Shown here: piece after piece, positions 58,994 through 64,000 of the stretch
Layout: every line of letters starts with the position of its first letter
Numbering within the stretch: the stretch's first letter is position 1
Source of the DNA: Candidatus Poribacteria bacterium
GTDB lineage: Bacteria; Poribacteria; WGA-4E; WGA-3G
Direction of reading: 5' to 3'
Length of the DNA stretch: 64,000 nt
NCBI GenBank assembly: GCA_963665235.2
Contig: CAXXLX010000001.1
Span: 3,392,001-3,456,000, forward strand
Made by a program: the position numbers and the translations under genes
The notes under the pieces: generated by a model
Told to the model about the DNA's origin: nothing
The model's database searches: none
The model's input: only the letters and a program-made list of their open reading frames with translations

Positions 58994-59488
58994 ATGTGGT
59001 CAGAGAAAGCAGACTCTGCGGAAATACGCGCTGCTCTAATCGAGGCGTTAATTCACTTTGGTGCGTTACCTGAGGCGCAGGCGGCACAAAGGCGTGAAGC
59101 AATCGGTTATCTCCTTGATCTTATCCTGCATCGCCGCTCCCCGGAGGAACACGAAGAATTGATAAGGCTAGTAGACAGACATACACACAATGTGGAGGTA
59201 GACCCCATGGCACGAACAATGGCTGAAGAACTCCTTGAACGAGGCTTCGAACAAGGTATAGAACAAGGTATAGAACAAGGTATAGAACAAGGTATAGAAC
59301 AAGGTGCGCGTGAGAACGCCATCGAAAATATCCTACTATTACTCACAGAGCGATTTCCGAATAGTGATGCCGAGGGCACAAAGCAGCGACTACAAGCTAT
59401 TCACGACATAGAACGCTTACGGCAACTCCTACGCACCGCCATGAAAACACCTAACCTCGAAACGTTCTTACAACAATTGGATACATAG
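58994..59488 (+). pseudogene. C-terminal remnant of an Rpn-family gene retaining an RpnS-like ORF (59207-59488)
   Basis: no nuclease domain; GGAGGT SD then MARTMAEELLERGFEQ(GIEQ)4G; C-terminus resembles that of the 50008 protein. Confidence 0.7.
59249..59305 (+). repeat. 12-bp coding tandem repeat GAACAAGGTATA
   Basis: 4 full copies plus 9 bp, encoding EQGI repeats. Confidence 0.9.
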
Positions 59489-59546
59489 GAGTCTGTCTAG
59501 TCTAATAAATTTATCTCGCCCTACACTATCTTGTTCAATCCAATCG

Positions 59547-60305
59547 CTAGAGCGTTTTGTATAGCTCCGCATGCCGTTGCAGCACAGCATCCGAATCCTT
59601 CGGATTGATAACCTCTATAGAGATAAAACCGGTATAACCATCTTCCGCGAGGAGCGTAAGCGAATCTTTCTCCGTATCTGGCATCGCCCCGCTGTCACCG
59701 AAGCTGACATGTGCATGCCGGACTTTGCCCCGGAGATGTACGTATGCAACGTCCACTGGTTGACCGTGTCGAACGTGATGGGCAGCGTGCCAATTCACGA
59801 ACGTGTTTTCGGCCTCTGAACGGTATAGGACTTCCGCAACATAGCTGGCGATGAGATTACCGTGTGTTTCCAGACAGAGCGCAACCCCCGCCTCACCTGC
59901 CAATTCGTCGCATGCCCGAATACCATCCGCCTCCCAATCGAGCGTCTGATCGATTTCAGCTGGTGTTTTCGGCACCGGGTCCCCGAAGATTCGGATATTT
60001 TTCGCGCCCATCGTTTCAGAAAGCCCGATATACCGCTTTAGCAAATCGACCTGTTCAGCGCGTTTCTGTGCATCCGAATTAATGAACCTCACCCCCGTTG
60101 CAATACAGGAGAGGGTTATCCCACTATCCGCTAGGCGTGCACGCGCCTCTTTGAGTTGTTGCGCGGTTGAATCCAATTCAACACCGTGCCCGTGTCCCCA
60201 TTCCACACGGAGTTCAAGGTGTTCGTAGTTGTAATGTTTCGCTTTGTCTATGAGTTCTGCCAGCGTCAATGGCGGGCAGACAGACGACATAAAACCGAAT
60301 TGCAT
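59547..60305 (-). CDS. sugar phosphate isomerase/epimerase
   Basis: HLELR, IRIFG, LETHG, RHAHV, GYTGFISIE. Confidence 0.85.
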   Translation of the reverse strand: MQFGFMSSVCPPLTLAELIDKAKHYNYEHLELRVEWGHGHGVELDSTAQQLKEARARLADSGITLSCIATGVRFINSDAQKRAEQVDLLKRYIGLSETMGAKNIRIFGDPVPKTPAEIDQTLDWEADGIRACDELAGEAGVALCLETHGNLIASYVAEVLYRSEAENTFVNWHAAHHVRHGQPVDVAYVHLRGKVRHAHVSFGDSGAMPDTEKDSLTLLAEDGYTGFISIEVINPKDSDAVLQRHAELYKTL

Positions 60306-60326
60306 GTGAAACCTCCAATTTTTTTG

Positions 60327-63300
60327 TTAAAAACTAATATTTGAGCTGCCATCCCCCCGTTTTCTAACGTTGATTTTGACAGGCAAACGTTTCGTTAGTT
60401 CTTGAATGTGACTAATAAGATAGATGCTGCGTCCCTGCATGCGGAGCCCTTCCAATGCGGCAATAGCGATGTCAAGGGTTTCCGCATCGAGCGTTCCAAA
60501 TCCCTCGTCGAGGAACAACGAATTGAGCTGGGCGCGCCCCTGGCTGAGTTCAGAGAGGGCAAGTGCTAATGCAAGGCTTGTCAGGAAAGATTCACCCCCA
60601 GACAACGTTTCAACGGGCCGCTCCTCGTTGGCATTCCACCGGTCGATGATTCTCAATTTACCGATGGTTTCAACTTTGAGTTGATAACGGTCCGAGGTGA
60701 GGTATGCTAACTGACCGTTGGCTATCCGGGCGACCTGTTGGAACATAATATCTAATGCGAAATCGCGAAGGTCGTTTTTTGGAATTGTATCTTGCAAATT
60801 TTTCCAACGTTCTAGCTCCTGCTTCGCGGCGTTTACTTCGCCAGCGAGCTCCTCCCGTTTTTTGAGGGCTTCTTTCATCTTTTCAATTTCCTGCCCCTGT
60901 GCACCGATGTTCTGTAGCGTTTCTTGGATTTGCCTCGCGATTTCTTCGAGTTCCGCGTTAATTCGCGGCAATTTCTCCGAATCAAACGGGGTTTCGTCAA
61001 ATCGGGTTCGCAACTCCGTAATTTCCACCGCAAGTTGCTGCTTTTCCTTTTCATAATCATCAATCTTGTCGGTGAGTTCTTGCCGCTCCGTTTCGTCTCG
61101 GAACGCGCTGTCGTGGGCTGTTGGTGAGTCGAATCCTGCTTCCGCTAGCTTATTGAAATAGGTTGCCCTTGTCGCCTCAAACTTCTGATGAGCTTCACTA
61201 TGTCGCCCTTTGCACATCGCGTGGGCGGTCTGTTTTTGAATAGACACGTCGCGGCTCTCTTTTAATTGCTGTTCGGCTTTAGCGCGTGTGTTTTCCTTCG
61301 TCTGCAAGTCCGCGTCTAGCTTACCGATAGCGGTGTCAATCTCATTTTCCGTTGCTAATCCATCGGTTTTCTGACGCACGGTATCCAGAAATGCCTCGCC
61401 TTCGCTTTGATATCGTTCAATCTCCGCTTGCAATTCAGCGTGCTGTTTTTGCAACCCTTCAAGGTTGCCTTCATCTGCTTGGATATCGGAGCTAAGCAGT
61501 TTTAGGTCTGTCTCTGTTTTGCGAAGTTCCGCCTCCCGCTCCGCGACAGCGTTTATTTTGTTAGTAAACTGCTCTACAGCCTCGGCAGGTGCGATACCGT
61601 GAAATGCATCGGGCATTGATTCCCAAAAACGGGTTTCAGCCGATGCAATGTCTACCTTCAAATCTTCCAGGGAATTGTTGATAGTGTCAAGTTGTTCAGT
61701 AGAGTCTTCTAGGTCCTGCGTTTCGCGCGTGATGTCCTTTTCGCAGGTTTCAAGTTGTAGCGATACCGTGTCGGATGTATTCGATGCTTTCAGGCGTGCC
61801 TGTTCCGCTTTTCCGAGGTTCGCGATGGCCGTATCTGCTGCTGCAATCTGCTCACCTATCCATTCAGATGAAATAGCAGCGTCCGGGTAGAACTCCCGCC
61901 ACTGTGTGAGGCATCGTTCGGTGTCCCCTGTCAGCTCCGCTATTTCTGTAGTGCATTCTGCAATCTGATGAGTCGTGTTTTGACTATTCTGTTCGGTTTG
62001 AACCTGTCGCGTTTCCAAACGCCGCTTCTCCGTTTCGGCAGTTTCTGCATCGGCTTCTGCCTCTGCTAAGGCGTTTTCAGCGTTGCGAAGCAGTGCTTCA
62101 CCTTCAGGTTCCACGGTACCGGCATAAGGATGTTCTGTCGCGCCACATACCAAGCACGGCTCTCCTGTGTGGAGGTGTTGCCGGAATTCGTTAATAGGGT
62201 TTGCCCATTTTGCAGATTGTAGGGACTCTTCACAACGTTGGACAGCCTCCGCCGCGTCCTGACACACCGCCGCTTGCTCTTCCAATTCGTCTCCGAGCTC
62301 CGCCAATTCTGTATTTAACTCAGCCTGGGTCGATTCCAATTCGTGCAAACGCTCTTTGGTTTTCAATAGGTCATCTTTCGCTGTTTCATATTTCTGGGTG
62401 CTGGGTTGTGCTTTGACCGCCTGCTGTTTTCGGGTATCCCATTCTGCTTGGGTACCAGCTGTCTGTAGGGTGTGCAATTCAGTGGCCGCTTCTTTCAATT
62501 CCGCCGTTGCTGTCTCCTTTTCCGCAAGAAGTTTTTCACGCGTCTTGGACAATTTTTTAATCTTGCGCGTCAACGATGCAACTTTTTTGTCCTGCGTCTC
62601 CTTGTCAGACAGTGTCCGTTCGAATTGCTCTTTGTATCTATTCAGCTCAGCTGATAGGAGGTTGACTCGGGTAAGCCGCGCCTGTCTGTCTAATGGAAGC
62701 GGATTCTCATCCAAAAAACGCTGCGCCTCGGCAATCTGCTGTTCAAACGTTGCCTGCTTCGTTTGCTTCTCATCTAATTCGGTTGACAGTGCGTCGATGT
62801 CCGCATCCAGTTCTTCCTGTTTAGCGATTTGGATTTCCGCTTGTTCAAATCGGTTTTCTGCCTGTTGGACAACCAATCTCGCCTCGTTGTAGCTCTTAAT
62901 TTTCCGGTCACGTTCGGTGGATGCATGCTGATAAACCTGCTCCTTCTCCTCAAAATCGGTTTGATGCGCCGCAAATTGCTTTTGCGCATCCGAATGCTCG
63001 GTTTCAGCCTGAAGAAGTGCATTGCCTGCTTTTTTAAGGTCTGTGCTAGCGGTATCGAACGCCAGTTTTTCAGGACGCAGTCCACTTGCCTGCTCCGCGC
63101 GTTTGAGCTCCGCTTCACAGTCCTCTATCTCCGGTTGCTGTTCGGAGAGCTCCTCTTCGCGTTCTTTCAAAGACTGGAGTTTTTCAAATTCCTCTGCTCG
63201 CTTTGTCTCCCGCTCCTTTTCTGTCTGCTTCTGCCGGTTTTTTGCATTTAAGCTGTCGACCGACGTTCTCAGTCTGCCAAGTTCCATCTCGACATCAGCA

Positions 63301-63965
63301 AGCTGTTCAGGCGTAATTTCAGGAATACCCTCCTGTTTTTGTGAGACTTTCTGATATTCAGCTTCAACCGTGTTTACCTTATCATTTAGTGCTTTTTTCA
63401 GTTCATCATAGATGCTGACACTTGCGGCGGCTTCGAGGATTGTCCGTCTATCTTCGTCCTTTGCTTTCAAAAACGCCGCGAATTCGCCTTGTGCCAACAT
63501 GATAGAACGTTTAAACGCCTCGAAATCAAGTCCCAAGATAGCCGTTATCTCTTCACTGACTGTGTTTTTATTGGCACCAAGGGATTTGCCTTGTGTGGAT
63601 AGTCTATCGGTAATGAGTTCGCCGGTATCAGCATACAACAACTTTCCACTCCGAGGGGCTTTGCGTTTAGCGGACCACTCGGCGATATAACGGGTACCGT
63701 TCGCCATAAAATGCACTTCAGCAAACGCCTCGTTCTCGCCATGACTGATGAGGTGATTCGGATTTTGCGTGCCGGTGCCGCTTAAGCGTGGGGTTTTATT
63801 GTAAAGCGCAACACAAATCGCATCTAATAACGTCGTTTTACCTGACCCCGTTGGTCCCGTAATTGCCACAAGCGATGCGTCATCTAACGGCGGTTTTTCA
63901 AAATCAAGTTCAACCGCAACACGAAAGCTATTGAGATTCTTAAGTTTCAGTTTACATAATTTCAT
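60327..63965 (-). CDS. sbcC: SbcC/Rad50 family SMC ATPase
   Basis: GPTGSGKT, LAQGEF, coiled coils with zinc hook PCLVCG, LSGGE, FLDEGFG, ISH. Confidence 0.93.
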   Translation of the reverse strand: MKLCKLKLKNLNSFRVAVELDFEKPPLDDASLVAITGPTGSGKTTLLDAICVALYNKTPRLSGTGTQNPNHLISHGENEAFAEVHFMANGTRYIAEWSAKRKAPRSGKLLYADTGELITDRLSTQGKSLGANKNTVSEEITAILGLDFEAFKRSIMLAQGEFAAFLKAKDEDRRTILEAAASVSIYDELKKALNDKVNTVEAEYQKVSQKQEGIPEITPEQLADVEMELGRLRTSVDSLNAKNRQKQTEKERETKRAEEFEKLQSLKEREEELSEQQPEIEDCEAELKRAEQASGLRPEKLAFDTASTDLKKAGNALLQAETEHSDAQKQFAAHQTDFEEKEQVYQHASTERDRKIKSYNEARLVVQQAENRFEQAEIQIAKQEELDADIDALSTELDEKQTKQATFEQQIAEAQRFLDENPLPLDRQARLTRVNLLSAELNRYKEQFERTLSDKETQDKKVASLTRKIKKLSKTREKLLAEKETATAELKEAATELHTLQTAGTQAEWDTRKQQAVKAQPSTQKYETAKDDLLKTKERLHELESTQAELNTELAELGDELEEQAAVCQDAAEAVQRCEESLQSAKWANPINEFRQHLHTGEPCLVCGATEHPYAGTVEPEGEALLRNAENALAEAEADAETAETEKRRLETRQVQTEQNSQNTTHQIAECTTEIAELTGDTERCLTQWREFYPDAAISSEWIGEQIAAADTAIANLGKAEQARLKASNTSDTVSLQLETCEKDITRETQDLEDSTEQLDTINNSLEDLKVDIASAETRFWESMPDAFHGIAPAEAVEQFTNKINAVAEREAELRKTETDLKLLSSDIQADEGNLEGLQKQHAELQAEIERYQSEGEAFLDTVRQKTDGLATENEIDTAIGKLDADLQTKENTRAKAEQQLKESRDVSIQKQTAHAMCKGRHSEAHQKFEATRATYFNKLAEAGFDSPTAHDSAFRDETERQELTDKIDDYEKEKQQLAVEITELRTRFDETPFDSEKLPRINAELEEIARQIQETLQNIGAQGQEIEKMKEALKKREELAGEVNAAKQELERWKNLQDTIPKNDLRDFALDIMFQQVARIANGQLAYLTSDRYQLKVETIGKLRIIDRWNANEERPVETLSGGESFLTSLALALALSELSQGRAQLNSLFLDEGFGTLDAETLDIAIAALEGLRMQGRSIYLISHIQELTKRLPVKINVRKRGDGSSNISF

Positions 63966-64000
63966 ACGGATTTCTCCACCATCCCGACTAATTCATTAAA

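Overview
A 64-kb bacterial chromosomal window, roughly mid-range GC. The gene repertoire (sulfatase, PhyH dioxygenase, Gfo/Idh/MocA, several AP2Ec/xylose-isomerase TIM barrels, HEAT proteins, Uma2 and Rpn nucleases) resembles Candidatus Poribacteria; this placement is inference only. Housekeeping content: modABC, coaE, trpB, a fused glyQS with a 1-nt frameshift, rpsB-tsf-frr-cdsA-dxr-rseP (without pyrH or uppS), udg, priA, trpS, mqnE-mqnA, fur, iscU/iscA-like genes and sbcC. I found no rRNA, tRNA, CRISPR array, integrase or transposase. The most interesting signals are: (1) an Rpn-family nuclease with an apparently leaderless start and an SD-preceded internal start (RpnS-type antitoxin), followed by a duplicated and diverged stand-alone copy of that small ORF, plus a second orphan RpnS-like cassette; (2) a nested population of small non-autonomous elements, namely at least four MITE types with TIRs and target-site duplications, three of which carry GTAG-REP hairpins or locally amplified REP arrays; (3) a recurring ~110-bp heptamer-flanked palindromic element that is both an insertion target and a duplication breakpoint; (4) a solitary Rad52/RecT-like protein behind a perfect consensus promoter; (5) an IscU homologue that has lost most of its cluster ligands. 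All product calls come from recognising motifs by eye; no database search was run.
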